A stretch of 64,000 bases of DNA from an uncultured Thermoleophilia bacterium (GTDB taxonomy: Bacteria > Actinomycetota > Thermoleophilia > UBA2241), in contig CAWCSR010000003.1 of NCBI GenBank assembly GCA_963798285.1, positions 1,657,376 to 1,721,375 on the forward strand, given 5' to 3'. Positions 17,741-26,945 of the stretch are shown piece by piece (within the stretch, counting starts at the first letter, position 1; each line of letters begins with the position of its first letter). Both the position numbers and the translations under genes were made by a program. The notes beneath the pieces were generated by a model. That model saw only the letters and a program-made list of their open reading frames with translations, did not search any database and was not told where the DNA came from.

Positions 17741-19378
17741 TCAGGTGCGGCCGGCGACTCGCAGCATGGCCGCGAGACTGCGCTCCACGTCTTCCTCGGT
17801 CGTCGACCAGCCGGAGACGCTGATGCGCATTGCCGTGCGGCCCTGCCAGACGGTGACGCCGGCCCAGCAGGTGCCGTCCTCCTGGATGGCGGCGATGACC
17901 CGGCGCGTCCTGTCCTCATCGCCGAACGACACCAGGACCTGGTTCAGTACCACGTCGTTGAGGACCTCGAAGCCGGCGGCGGCCAATCCTTGCGCAAAGG
18001 CCGCCGCGTAGCGGCAGTCGCGCTCGACGAGGTCCGCGAGCCCGGACCGCCCGAGCGCGCGCAGCGCCGCCCAGACCTCGGCCCCCCGCGCGCGGCGCGA
18101 GAGCTCGGGCGCGTGAGCGGCGGGCTCGCGCATCATGCTGTCGGGGAGGTACGCGGCCGTGACGCCCATCGCCGCGCGCAGCGGCTCGGGATCACGCACG
18201 AAGGCGAGGCCGCTGTCGTAGGGCACGTTGAGCCACTTGTGCGCGTCCGTCGCCCACGAGTCGGCGGTCCCGATGCCGCGCACGAGGTGTGCGCGGTCGG
18301 GGGCGACCGCCGCCCACAGGCCGAAGGCGCCGTCAACGTGGACCCAGGCCCCGGCTTCGTGGGCCTGGGCGGCCAGCTCCTCGACCGGATCGAACGCGCC
18401 GGTGTTGACGTTGCCCGCCTGCACGCAGAGGATCGTCGGCCCCGAGATTTGCGGAAGCGCGTCCGCGCGCATGCGCCCCTGCCCGTCCACCGCGACGCGA
18501 TGCACCCTCTGCCTGCCGAGGCCGAGGAGGCCGAGACCCTTGAGCAGAGACGGATGCACCTCGTCGCCGACGATCACGGTCACGGGCGGCGCACCGAAGA
18601 GACCCTGCGCGTCGACGTCCCAGCCGACCTTGGCGAGGACGGCGTGACGCGCCGCCGCGAGCGCCGTCAGGTTGGCCATGGTAGCGCCGGTGACAAAACC
18701 GGCGACCGTCGTCTCGGGCAAGCCGAAGAGTTCGATCAGCCACCGCTGCGCCACCTGCTCGAGCACGGCCGCCACCGGCGACGCGCTGTAGGCGCCGGCG
18801 TTCTGGTCCCAAGCCGTCGCGAGCCAAGCCGCGGCGACCGTCACCGGCTGCGAGCCACCGATCACGAAGCCGAAGAACCGGGGGCCGGCGGATGCGGTCG
18901 TCGCCGGCGAGCCCGCCTCGTCCAGGAGCGCGATGACGCGCTGCGGGTCGTCCGGGTGCTCCGGCAGCGACTCGTCGAACCGCTCCAGCGCCGCAAGAGC
19001 CTCCGGCTCCGGCGCCACGTTCCGCTCGGGCAACGCGCTGAGATAGCGGATCGCGCGCTCGGCGGTCAGATGCAGCAGGTCGTCCATGGGTACCGCATTC
19101 CCGCGGGTGGCCTTCTGGCGACCGTTGCCGCGAGAGGTCGCGATCCGCTTGAGGGCGCCCGCCTCGCACCCCCGCACGCAGGCGAGGCAGCCGGTGCATG
19201 CCTCCGCCGCCGCGATCTTGGCGTGGCGATGCGGGCCGACCTTGATCATGCCCAGTACATCGTTCGGGCAGGTCTCCACGCACCGGCCGCATGCCTGACA
19301 GGCGTGGCGGTCGAGCGTCACGTACTTGGTCGCGGCGGCGCGCCGGTGCCCACGAGCCGCGAATACGGACCGCGCCAT
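17741..19378 (-). CDS. 2x[4Fe-4S] ferredoxin domain fused to PLP-dependent group II decarboxylase-like enzyme
   Basis: N-terminus carries CQACGRCVETCP and CTGCLACVRGC. The rest is decarboxylase-like (GFVTGATMANLTALAAAR, HVDGAFG, DAHKWLNVPYDSG with the PLP lysine). Confidence 0.8.
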   Translation of the reverse strand: MARSVFAARGHRRAAATKYVTLDRHACQACGRCVETCPNDVLGMIKVGPHRHAKIAAAEACTGCLACVRGCEAGALKRIATSRGNGRQKATRGNAVPMDDLLHLTAERAIRYLSALPERNVAPEPEALAALERFDESLPEHPDDPQRVIALLDEAGSPATTASAGPRFFGFVIGGSQPVTVAAAWLATAWDQNAGAYSASPVAAVLEQVAQRWLIELFGLPETTVAGFVTGATMANLTALAAARHAVLAKVGWDVDAQGLFGAPPVTVIVGDEVHPSLLKGLGLLGLGRQRVHRVAVDGQGRMRADALPQISGPTILCVQAGNVNTGAFDPVEELAAQAHEAGAWVHVDGAFGLWAAVAPDRAHLVRGIGTADSWATDAHKWLNVPYDSGLAFVRDPEPLRAAMGVTAAYLPDSMMREPAAHAPELSRRARGAEVWAALRALGRSGLADLVERDCRYAAAFAQGLAAAGFEVLNDVVLNQVLVSFGDEDRTRRVIAAIQEDGTCWAGVTVWQGRTAMRISVSGWSTTEEDVERSLAAMLRVAGRT

Positions 19379-19380
19379 GA

Positions 19381-19770
19381 TCAGCCGTCCGCCAGGGCGT
19401 GGAGCACGGTGAGCACGAGCACACCCCCGACGACGGCGGCGGCGGCCACCGTCTCTCGCGCGGGGAGGGGGCGCGAGGAGCCCGCCCGAGCGCCCGCCGC
19501 GTGCAGATACCTGAGCAGCGCGCGGCGGTTCAGGAGGATGTGCCAGGTGCAGAAGCCCACGAAGACGCAGCTCAGCGAGACGTGCGCTATCGACCAGCCG
19601 ACGGCGTCCGCCGCGTGCGTGCCGCCGGCGGCGTGATCGAGCAGCCCGGTGAGGGGCAGCGCGAGGCCGGAGAGGATCGCGCCGGTCGCGACGAAGGCGC
19701 GCTGGTTCCAGGCACGATCGCTGCCGGCGAGTGAGGTACGGACGTGTCGCTGTCCACGTGCGGCATCCAC
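19381..19770 (-). CDS. DUF4405-like small membrane protein
   Basis: 129-aa ORF with three hydrophobic helices and conserved His (LLDHAAG, IAHVSLS, TWHILLNRR). Its stop is 2 nt from the decarboxylase start. Confidence 0.5.
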   Translation of the reverse strand: MDAARGQRHVRTSLAGSDRAWNQRAFVATGAILSGLALPLTGLLDHAAGGTHAADAVGWSIAHVSLSCVFVGFCTWHILLNRRALLRYLHAAGARAGSSRPLPARETVAAAAVVGGVLVLTVLHALADG

Positions 19771-19794
19771 GAGATGCCTCCTTGGGAGGGTTTG

Positions 19795-20292
19795 TCAGGC
19801 CCGGGGCCCGGCGGCGCCGGGATCGAGTGCGGTCCTGATGGTCCGGAGGACCTCCACGGCGGTCGCGACGGAGGTCTCGTCCAGCCGCGCCTCGAGCGCG
19901 GACTCGCGAGCGTGAAGTTGCGCGTGCAGGGTGACCATGAAGTCGCGGCCGGCGGGCGTGAGCACCACCGGGCGCCGCCGGCCGTCACGCTCGTCCTGTT
20001 CGCGCGTGACCAGGCCGTCCTTGTCGAGCCCGGCCACGAGGCGGGTCACCGCCGCAGGATCGACGCCGAGCTCGCGCGCGAGCGCCGACGTCGTCGTGCG
20101 GCCGCCGGCCAGTGCCAGCTGCCGCAGCAGCTCGAACTGCGCGCCGGAGATGCCTGTCTCCTCCGAGAGCCGCCGCAGCAGCAGCCGGTACGTGAGCAAC
20201 ACCTCGCGCATGAGGTGCAGGTACTGCCCGCCGGGCTGATGCTCGAAAAGCCCTTCGTCGAGGTCGCTCGCGTCAAAGCCAAGACTGCTCAT
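19795..20292 (-). CDS. MarR family transcriptional regulator
   Basis: FELLRQLALAGGRTTTSALARELGVDPAAVTRLVAGLDKDGLVTR...DGRRRPVVLTPAG. Confidence 0.88.
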   Translation of the reverse strand: MSSLGFDASDLDEGLFEHQPGGQYLHLMREVLLTYRLLLRRLSEETGISGAQFELLRQLALAGGRTTTSALARELGVDPAAVTRLVAGLDKDGLVTREQDERDGRRRPVVLTPAGRDFMVTLHAQLHARESALEARLDETSVATAVEVLRTIRTALDPGAAGPRA

Positions 20293-20304
20293 GACGTCTA
20301 TTAA

Positions 20305-20329
20305 TTGACTATGTCATTGACTCTGTCAA
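20305..20329. promoter_or_regulatory. candidate MarR operators (two adjacent TTGAC-N3-GTCA(A) inverted repeats)
   Basis: TTGACTATGTCA then TTGACTCTGTCAA, lying 13 nt upstream of the MarR start in an AT-rich patch. Confidence 0.5.
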
Positions 20330-20375
20330 GTACAGAGCGAAGTCACTCGCTGGCACGAACGGCGCCCAACACCGC

Positions 20376-20415
20376 CGACGCGGCGACGCGGCGACGCAGC
20401 GACGCAGCGACGCGC
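20376..20415. repeat. 8-bp microsatellite (CGACGCNN x5)
   Basis: cgacgcgg cgacgcgg cgacgcag cgacgcag cgacgcgc, in the intergenic region just downstream of the condensation-domain gene. Confidence 0.85.
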
Positions 20416-20421
20416 GCCCGA

Positions 20422-21771
20422 TCATGCCGGCAGGTCGGCGTCCATGAGGTCGAGGAGGCGTTCGACGAGCGCCGCGGTATCGACGTCGGACGGGTAACCG
20501 ACGGTGAGCGTCAACGTCTCCGCGAACGTGCTCACGCCGACCATGAACGCCGGCGGGTGCAGCGCGGGGCTCACGAGAAACGCGTCCGCGACCGGCGTGT
20601 CACCGAAGGACTCAGCGCGCGACTCGCCGCCGTCACGGATGGTGAGGACGCCGAGGTTGGAGAGATACGGGTGCGACCGGCCGCCGCCCAGCGCCATGGC
20701 CTGCGTCGCCTGAGCCACCGCCTCGGAGTACGGCCGGCCGAACACCTGGCCGACGAACAGAGCCGCGCCGACACCGGGAGCTTGAGCCTTGAGTGCCACC
20801 GTCGACCGCGTCACCGCGGCGAGCGCGCTGTCAAAGCTTGCCGCGGACTCTCTCGTGATCACGGGCCACATGGCGCTCGAGAGGTTGCAGATCGCGGCCG
20901 CCGACTTGCCCGGCAGATACCGCCGCATGTCGACGGGGACCTGGACCGGCAGCGGTTCGCGCGCGGCCGGGTCGAGCACCTCGATGAGGGCGCGGTAGTA
21001 AGCGGCGAGGAGCAGGTCGTTGAGCGTCGCGCCGTGTGCGCGGCCAACGGCCTTGAGCGTGCGAAGACGCGCCGGCGCCATGCGGCGGATGCTGAAGGCG
21101 ACGTCGGGCGAAGCCGACGCGGCGGGTGGCCAGCCAAAGGCCGGTGAGCCGCCGCCCCGGAACTCCCCGCCTATGCGCCCGAGCGTCTCGCGGTCGAACG
21201 TCCGGAGCGCCTGCCCCTGGCCGCGGTCCACGGCCGCTCCGGAGACGCCGACCGGCTCCGACTCGCCATCGGACCCCAAGGTCGCGTAGATGTCGGCCAG
21301 CAGGGCGATGTACTGTCTCGTCGCGGTCGCGTCGGCTGCGACGTGGTCCACCTTGATGCACAGCGTGTCCGACGGGCCGCGGAGCAATGCCGCGCGCACC
21401 GGGAGGTCGCGGCGCGGGTCCGTCGGGGCCGTGACGAAGCGCCAGAGCTCCGCCTCCTCGTCGGCGGAGCCGCAGGCGACGACGGGGCACAGGTCCACCG
21501 AGTCGAGATCACTCCGTCGTTCCCAGTAGGGGTGTTCGGGATCCTCCACGAACCGGCAGCCGAGAACGGGCTGCAGCTCGAAGCTGCGCCGCAGGGCGCG
21601 CCGCAGGCGGTCCTCTTTCAGCAGTCCGCGAAGGCGGAGCACAACGTTGAGTTGCTGGTTGGCCACCGTGCGGCCGAGGAAGTTCATGAGGTCCTGCGGC
21701 TCGGCCGGATAGCGTGTGGGCACGTCCTGCCGGCTGGTCTGCGCGCCGTGCGCGCCCGCTGGGTCCGTCAT
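20422..21771 (-). CDS. free-standing condensation (NRPS C-domain-like) acyltransferase
   Basis: 449-aa C-terminal part of the 936-aa track ORF, starting at MTDPAG. It has the HxxxD-type motif in IKVDHVAADATATRQY and an overall C-domain-like layout. Confidence 0.65.
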   Translation of the reverse strand: MTDPAGAHGAQTSRQDVPTRYPAEPQDLMNFLGRTVANQQLNVVLRLRGLLKEDRLRRALRRSFELQPVLGCRFVEDPEHPYWERRSDLDSVDLCPVVACGSADEEAELWRFVTAPTDPRRDLPVRAALLRGPSDTLCIKVDHVAADATATRQYIALLADIYATLGSDGESEPVGVSGAAVDRGQGQALRTFDRETLGRIGGEFRGGGSPAFGWPPAASASPDVAFSIRRMAPARLRTLKAVGRAHGATLNDLLLAAYYRALIEVLDPAAREPLPVQVPVDMRRYLPGKSAAAICNLSSAMWPVITRESAASFDSALAAVTRSTVALKAQAPGVGAALFVGQVFGRPYSEAVAQATQAMALGGGRSHPYLSNLGVLTIRDGGESRAESFGDTPVADAFLVSPALHPPAFMVGVSTFAETLTLTVGYPSDVDTAALVERLLDLMDADLPA

Positions 21772-21914
21772 GATGCTCCCGCCCTTTTCTCGTGTTGCTG
21801 CGTTCCCTCCGACCATGCTCTCGCCCGCTCGGCACGGGGTCAAGGAAGGAGCGGGGCGGGAAGCGTTCACTGCCTCCCGCCCCGCTCGGTCGGATCGATT
21901 CTGTCGGCCCGCCC

Positions 21915-23381
21915 TCAGGCCGCCGCGTCCGGCTCGCAAACGAGCTCGCCGGCGGTCGCGTCCTCGCGCTGCTCGCGCTCCAGCAGTGAGACCGAGTGCG
22001 CCACGACGTCCTCCTTGGGCGGGATCAGCACCGCGGCCACTCCGGCCAGTGCGACGGCCGCCGCCCCGACCCACACGGCGGCGGTCATGCCGTCCACGAA
22101 CGACTGCGGGCTCAGGTAGCCGCCCACGGCGCTGAACACGCTCGCCAGCACGGCGACGCCGAACACGCCGCCGACCTCGCGGATCGTGTTGTTCACGCCG
22201 CTCGCCTTGCCCTCTTCCTTGCGCCGCACGGTGCTCAGCACCAGGTTGGCGACCGGTGCGAAGTACAGGCTCATGCCGACGCCGGCCATCACGAAGGCGG
22301 GCACGAGATCGGCGTAGGCGACGGTCGGCGTGGTGACGATCGCCATCCACGCCAGTCCGGCCGCCATGAGCGCCATGCCGCCGACCAGCAGCGGGCGGGC
22401 GCCGATGCGGTCGCTCAGCATGCCTGCGATCGGCGCGACGATGATCGGCATGGCCGTCCACGGCAGCGTGCGGATGCCGGCCTGCAGGGGCGTGTAGCCC
22501 TGCACGACCTGGAAGAACTGCGCCAGCAGGAAGATCGAGCCGAACATCCCGAAGCTCATCAGCAGCGAGGTGACGTTGGCCGCGGAGAAGGCTCGGTTGC
22601 GGAAGAACCGCAGCGGGACCATCGGCTCCGGCGTGCGCCGCTCCCAGAGGACGAACAGGGCCATGAGGACGATGCCGGCGGCGATGGGACCGGCGACGCC
22701 CAGGCTCGTCCAGCCGTGCGCGTTGCCGCGGACCAGACCCCAGACGATGCCGAACAGGCCGACGCTGGCGAGGCCCAGACCGGGCAGGTCGAGCGCGCGG
22801 TTGGCGCCCTTGGACTCGGTGAGTCGCATGAAGGCGATGGGGAGCAGGGCGATGCCGATCGGGACGTTGAGCCAGAAGATCCACTGCCAGGAGAGGCCGT
22901 CGACGATGGCGCCGCCCACGACCGGGCCGAGCGCGACGGCGAGGCCGCTGACGCCGCCCCAGATGCCGAGCGCCATGCCGCGGCGCGCCGGAGGCACCGC
23001 CGCGGAGAGGATCGTCAGGGTGAGCGGCGTGACGATCGCGCCGCCGACGCCCTGCAGCGCCCGGGAGGCGACCAGCCAGTCGATGCTCGGCGCCATCGCG
23101 GCGGCGGCGGAGCCGAAGGTGAAGATCGCAAGCCCCACCAGGAACATGCGCTTGCGCCCGAACCGGTCGCCCAGTGCGGCGCCGGTCAGGAGCAGGACGG
23201 CGAAGGTCAACGTGTACGCGTTGACCGTCCACTCGAGCCCCTGCAGCGAGGCGCCGAGGTCGTGCTTGATCACCGGCAGGGCGGTGGTCACGACCAGGTT
23301 GTCGAGCGAGACCATGAAGATCGCGACGCTGGTGACCACGAAGGTCCAGAAGGTCGCTGCTCGTGCACTCATTTTCCTCAT
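21915..23381 (-). CDS. MFS transporter, DHA2 family
   Basis: 488-aa polytopic ORF with IFMVSLDNLVVTTALPVIKHDL, GDRFGRKR and ALQGVGGA. Confidence 0.9.
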   Translation of the reverse strand: MRKMSARAATFWTFVVTSVAIFMVSLDNLVVTTALPVIKHDLGASLQGLEWTVNAYTLTFAVLLLTGAALGDRFGRKRMFLVGLAIFTFGSAAAAMAPSIDWLVASRALQGVGGAIVTPLTLTILSAAVPPARRGMALGIWGGVSGLAVALGPVVGGAIVDGLSWQWIFWLNVPIGIALLPIAFMRLTESKGANRALDLPGLGLASVGLFGIVWGLVRGNAHGWTSLGVAGPIAAGIVLMALFVLWERRTPEPMVPLRFFRNRAFSAANVTSLLMSFGMFGSIFLLAQFFQVVQGYTPLQAGIRTLPWTAMPIIVAPIAGMLSDRIGARPLLVGGMALMAAGLAWMAIVTTPTVAYADLVPAFVMAGVGMSLYFAPVANLVLSTVRRKEEGKASGVNNTIREVGGVFGVAVLASVFSAVGGYLSPQSFVDGMTAAVWVGAAAVALAGVAAVLIPPKEDVVAHSVSLLEREQREDATAGELVCEPDAAA

Positions 23382-23473
23382 CTCCTTTGCCTTACTAACT
23401 TAGCAATCACTTACTTACATGGACCCAAAGAAGGGCGGGTCCGGCCAGGAGCCGGGCGCCCGCCCCGCGTCTT

Positions 23474-24097
23474 CTACTTCGTCCGCGCCTCCGCGCCAGT
23501 ACGCTTCGCCTTGCCGACCGCGTCCACGGCCATCGCCGCCAGCGCCGTGCCGGTGACGGGGCACATGATCCGCGCCCAGTCGGCGTGCACCTCGGTGAGG
23601 TCCATCGCGGCCACCACGTTCATGAGCATGCCGTAGGCGAGCCACTCGCGGATCGCCGCCTCCGGAGCCCCGGAGGCCGACTGCACGAAGTTCACCAGGC
23701 GCAGCATCTCGTCGCGCACGACGTCGCGGATCTCCTCGTCGGCGCACGCCGCGTAGGCCTGCATCTGCATGAGCAGGAGGCTGCGGTCGTCAAGCAGCCG
23801 CTGGTACGCGGCGCCCATCTCCATGAGGATCTCGGCGGGGCCGGCTTCTTCGCCCGCCTCGGCTGCCGCCGTGCGGAACACGGCGACGGTGCGCTCAAAG
23901 GTGCGCTGCACGGCAGCGATGAAGAGCGCCTTCTTGGTCCCGAACAGCTGGAAGAGATACGGCTGCGAGACGCCGACCTGCTTCGCGATCGCGCCGACCG
24001 GCGTGCCGTTGAGGCCGCCGATGGCGAATTCACGAGTGGCGGCCTCGATGATCTCGTGCCGCCGTTCTTCCTTGCTGATGCGTGTCGTTGCCTTCAT
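23474..24097 (-). CDS. TetR/AcrR family transcriptional regulator
   Basis: HTH IIEAATREFAIGGLNGTPVGAIAKQVGVSQPYLFQLFGTKK. Confidence 0.88.
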   Translation of the reverse strand: MKATTRISKEERRHEIIEAATREFAIGGLNGTPVGAIAKQVGVSQPYLFQLFGTKKALFIAAVQRTFERTVAVFRTAAAEAGEEAGPAEILMEMGAAYQRLLDDRSLLLMQMQAYAACADEEIRDVVRDEMLRLVNFVQSASGAPEAAIREWLAYGMLMNVVAAMDLTEVHADWARIMCPVTGTALAAMAVDAVGKAKRTGAEARTK

Positions 24098-24116
24098 GGT
24101 GACCAGTGTACCATAA

Positions 24117-24130
24117 GTTAGTGGTCACTA
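24117..24130. promoter_or_regulatory. candidate TetR operator (TTAGTG-GT-CACTAA palindrome)
   Basis: A 14-bp palindrome 20 nt upstream of the TetR start. GTGACCA at about 24099-24105 also pairs with TGGTCAC inside it. Confidence 0.45.
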
Positions 24131-24225
24131 AACATATTGGCTATGTCACCCCGCCTGCGTTGCCACTTGACTCGCGCGCGGGCGAGGAAGGTAGGGCTCG
24201 GTTGCCGGAACCAGAGGGCGTCGGG

Positions 24226-24774
24226 TCAGCTGCGCTGCCCCGGTGATGCAGCCAACCCGAACGGCCGCAGCAGCGAGTCCGTGCCATGCGCCCAGGCGCG
24301 AATCGCCTCCCAATCCCGCTCGTCATGCGCAACCTCGCCATGCAGCGGCGACGCCGGCAACGCGGTGAGCATCTTGTCCCTGAAGCCGAGCCGCGCCGGA
24401 TCGTAGGCGCCGACGAAGACGGCCGTGGAGGCCGGAGTCGGCACCGGCAGCTTGGCGAGCGCGTTGACCAACTGCGCACGCGAGCCGTCCAGGCCGTCGC
24501 CGGCCTTGATGGGGCCGAGGGCGAAGAGTGCGAACGGCGTGTGCTCGAGCGCCGCCTGGTTCTTCTCGAGCAGGGCGCGGACGTCTTTGTGCAGCGCGCC
24601 CATGTAGAGCGGGGTGCCGAGCACGACGGCGTCGTAGCCGTCCAGCGAGTGCACCTCCCTCGCCTGCTTCACATCCGTGTCGATGCCTTGCTCCCCGAGC
24701 GTCGCGGCCACCGTCTCGGCGACCTCGCGCGTGGAGCCGTATCGTGTCCCATATGCCACCAGGATCTGCGTCAT
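24226..24774 (-). CDS. flavodoxin domain-containing protein
   Basis: MTQILVAYGTRYGSTREVAE...DAVVLGTPLYMG is a flavodoxin-like FMN-binding pattern. Confidence 0.8.
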   Translation of the reverse strand: MTQILVAYGTRYGSTREVAETVAATLGEQGIDTDVKQAREVHSLDGYDAVVLGTPLYMGALHKDVRALLEKNQAALEHTPFALFALGPIKAGDGLDGSRAQLVNALAKLPVPTPASTAVFVGAYDPARLGFRDKMLTALPASPLHGEVAHDERDWEAIRAWAHGTDSLLRPFGLAASPGQRS

Positions 24775-24842
24775 CGTCCTCACCTCGTCACTTCTGCTTC
24801 GCCTTCTTCTTGGTCTTCTTCTCGGGCGCGCTCGCGCTGCCC

Positions 24843-25383
24843 TCAGCCCGTGATCAGCCGGCGTATCGCCAGGACGGTCGCCTCCTCAGGATGGCTTTCG
24901 GGGTCGTCGTGGATCTGGCGCACCGCCTCCATGCCGATCGCCTGCACGAACCTGCTCGTCATGGTCGATGTCGGCGATCTGGAACTCCCCCGCCGCGACG
25001 CCCTGCGCGAGCAGGTCGCGGACCATGGGGCCGTACACGCGGTCGTTGACGCGCGTCTGGATCTCCGGCGGCTCGACCAGCTCCGCGCCGGGGTTCTGGG
25101 CGAAGCCCGCACGCGCGTCGCTGAGCGCGACGCGCGTGACCTCGAGTGCGCGACCAAGCGCCGTCGCCTCGGTGAGCAGCGACTCGACCCTCCGGCGCTG
25201 CTCCAACGCGCCCAGCTCCAGCGCGTACTCGAGCAGCGCGTCCTTGCTCGGGAAGTACTCGTAGATGGTCTTCTTGGAGATGCGCAGCGCCTTGGCAACG
25301 TCCTCGACGGCCGTGCGCCGAAAGCCGTAGCGCACGGCCAGACCCATGAAGGTCAGTGCGATCTCGTCCTTGGTCGCCGGCAT
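24843..25383 (-). pseudogene. TetR family regulator, frame disrupted near 24963
   Basis: The HTH and core (FRRTAVEDVAKALRISKKTIYEYFPSKD...EFQIADID) lie in the 25383 frame. The C-terminus (MTSRFVQAIGMEAVRQIHDDPESHPEEATVLAIRRLITG) lies in the frame ending at 24843. Confidence 0.75.
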
Positions 25384-25607
25384 GCGGATGCTCCCTATGA
25401 TACCGGTAAACGATTATGGTTTCTGCGTACATTATGGTCACGCGGCGGCTGACTGTCAAGTGAGTGGCCATATCTGGACGATGGCGCCGCCGGCCGAGGC
25501 AGATCAACAAGAGGAGACCCGGTGAACTGCGTATGGACATCGTCGCCGCGACTTCCTAGGTTGGTGCCTGCACGGCGCCACGGACTGCGACCTGGAGGGG
25601 CGAAGAA

Positions 25608-25799
25608 ATGGCTGACGGCAAGGGCGGTGCGGGAGCGGCAGGCGCCGGGGCGGTCTACGGGCTCGGGCTCATCGGCGCTCTCGTTTACTACATCAGTACG
25701 GCGAACGGGTTCTGGGACGGCGTCTGGGGCGTCATCCAGTCCCTCGTCTGGCCGGCGTTCTTCGTCTACGGGGTGATGGACAAGCTGAACATCCCCTGA
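25608..25799 (+). CDS. small membrane protein
   Basis: 63-aa ORF with two hydrophobic helices (VYGLGLIGALVYYI, SLVWPAFFVYGVM). Divergent from the TetR gene. Confidence 0.5.
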   Translation: MADGKGGAGAAGAGAVYGLGLIGALVYYISTANGFWDGVWGVIQSLVWPAFFVYGVMDKLNIP

Positions 25800-25817
25800 G
25801 GCGGATCTCCGTCGCGA

Positions 25818-26831
25818 TCATCGCGCCGCGGCGCCGGCCGCCTTCGCCTCCGCCGGCTTCGCCTCGGCGCGCGGGCCGCTGGAGACCACGATCACGGCGC
25901 CGGCGAAGCTGACCAGGACCCCGACCACCAGCTGCGGCGTTGGGTGCAGCCCGAGGAGCGCGACGGAGAAGATGATCGCCCAGACCGCGTAGAGCGAGTT
26001 GAGCGGCATCGCCCGGCTGGCGCCCACGAGGTGGTTGGCGGCGTAGTACGTGAGGTACGACGCCGCGCCGGCCGCCGAGGCTCCCAGCACGAGCCAGAAG
26101 CTGGGATGCGAGAGCGCGCCGCCGAGCACCCGTAGGCCGCCGACCAGCGGCAGCACCACGGCGGCGTACACGACGAACGAGGTCGCCATGCGCAGCGTGC
26201 CGGCGACCACCGGCTCGACCGTCTTCATGGCCTGGATGGCGAGCACGCCCTCGATCCCCCAGCCCAGCGTGGCGATGGTCGCCAGGCCGATGCCGAGGTA
26301 GAAGTACGGCGCGTCGCCTGCCGGCGGCGTGTACGTGACGACGATCGCACCCAGCACCGTGACGCCGACGCCGGCCCAGCCCCGGCGCGTCACCGACTCG
26401 CCCAGAAAGATGTGGGAGAGCACGGCGCCCACGGCCGGGTAGGTCGCGCTGATCGCCATGGTGTAGGCGGGGCCGGCGTACCTGATACCGAACAGGTAGG
26501 CGGACATGGCCACGGGGCCGCCGATGATCGCGGCGGCGCAGAGGATGAGGCCGCCGCGGCTGGCGAGGCTGCGCGGGAACTCCTTGAGGCGGCCGGTCAG
26601 CCCATTGAAGCCGAGCATCCAGCCGGTGGCGAGCCCATCGTGCAACGCTGCGACCGCCAGCGGGGCAACCAGCGACGCCGCGCCGAGGAAGGGGGACATC
26701 GCGAGCACGAGGCCGAGGACGACGCCGTCCACACCCCAGAAGAGGCCGGAGAGCACAGCCCATGCAAAGCCGGATCGCGGCAGAGGCTGGTCCTTGGGCT
26801 GCAACATCCTCCTCGGAGTGGCGTCGTTCAC
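25818..26831 (-). CDS. DMT (EamA-like) family transporter
   Basis: 337-aa ORF with about 10 TMS and duplicated EamA-like halves. Confidence 0.75.
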   Translation of the reverse strand: MNDATPRRMLQPKDQPLPRSGFAWAVLSGLFWGVDGVVLGLVLAMSPFLGAASLVAPLAVAALHDGLATGWMLGFNGLTGRLKEFPRSLASRGGLILCAAAIIGGPVAMSAYLFGIRYAGPAYTMAISATYPAVGAVLSHIFLGESVTRRGWAGVGVTVLGAIVVTYTPPAGDAPYFYLGIGLATIATLGWGIEGVLAIQAMKTVEPVVAGTLRMATSFVVYAAVVLPLVGGLRVLGGALSHPSFWLVLGASAAGAASYLTYYAANHLVGASRAMPLNSLYAVWAIIFSVALLGLHPTPQLVVGVLVSFAGAVIVVSSGPRAEAKPAEAKAAGAAAR

Positions 26832-26838
26832 CTGTCAA

Positions 26839-26899
26839 CTCACCCGACCGGGTGAGTATATTCGCTATCAACCCTTTTGCCCACTCACCCGAACGGGTA
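26839..26899. promoter_or_regulatory. candidate TetR operators (CTCACCCG-N2-CGGGTGAG and a degenerate second copy)
   Basis: A perfect 8+8 palindrome at 26839-26856 and CTCACCCGAACGGGTA at 26884-26899, between the divergent DMT and TetR genes. Confidence 0.55.
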
Positions 26900-26945
26900 A
26901 TCTGGATGCGCGTAGACGCGGCGCCAAGAGGAGCGGGGGTTCGAG

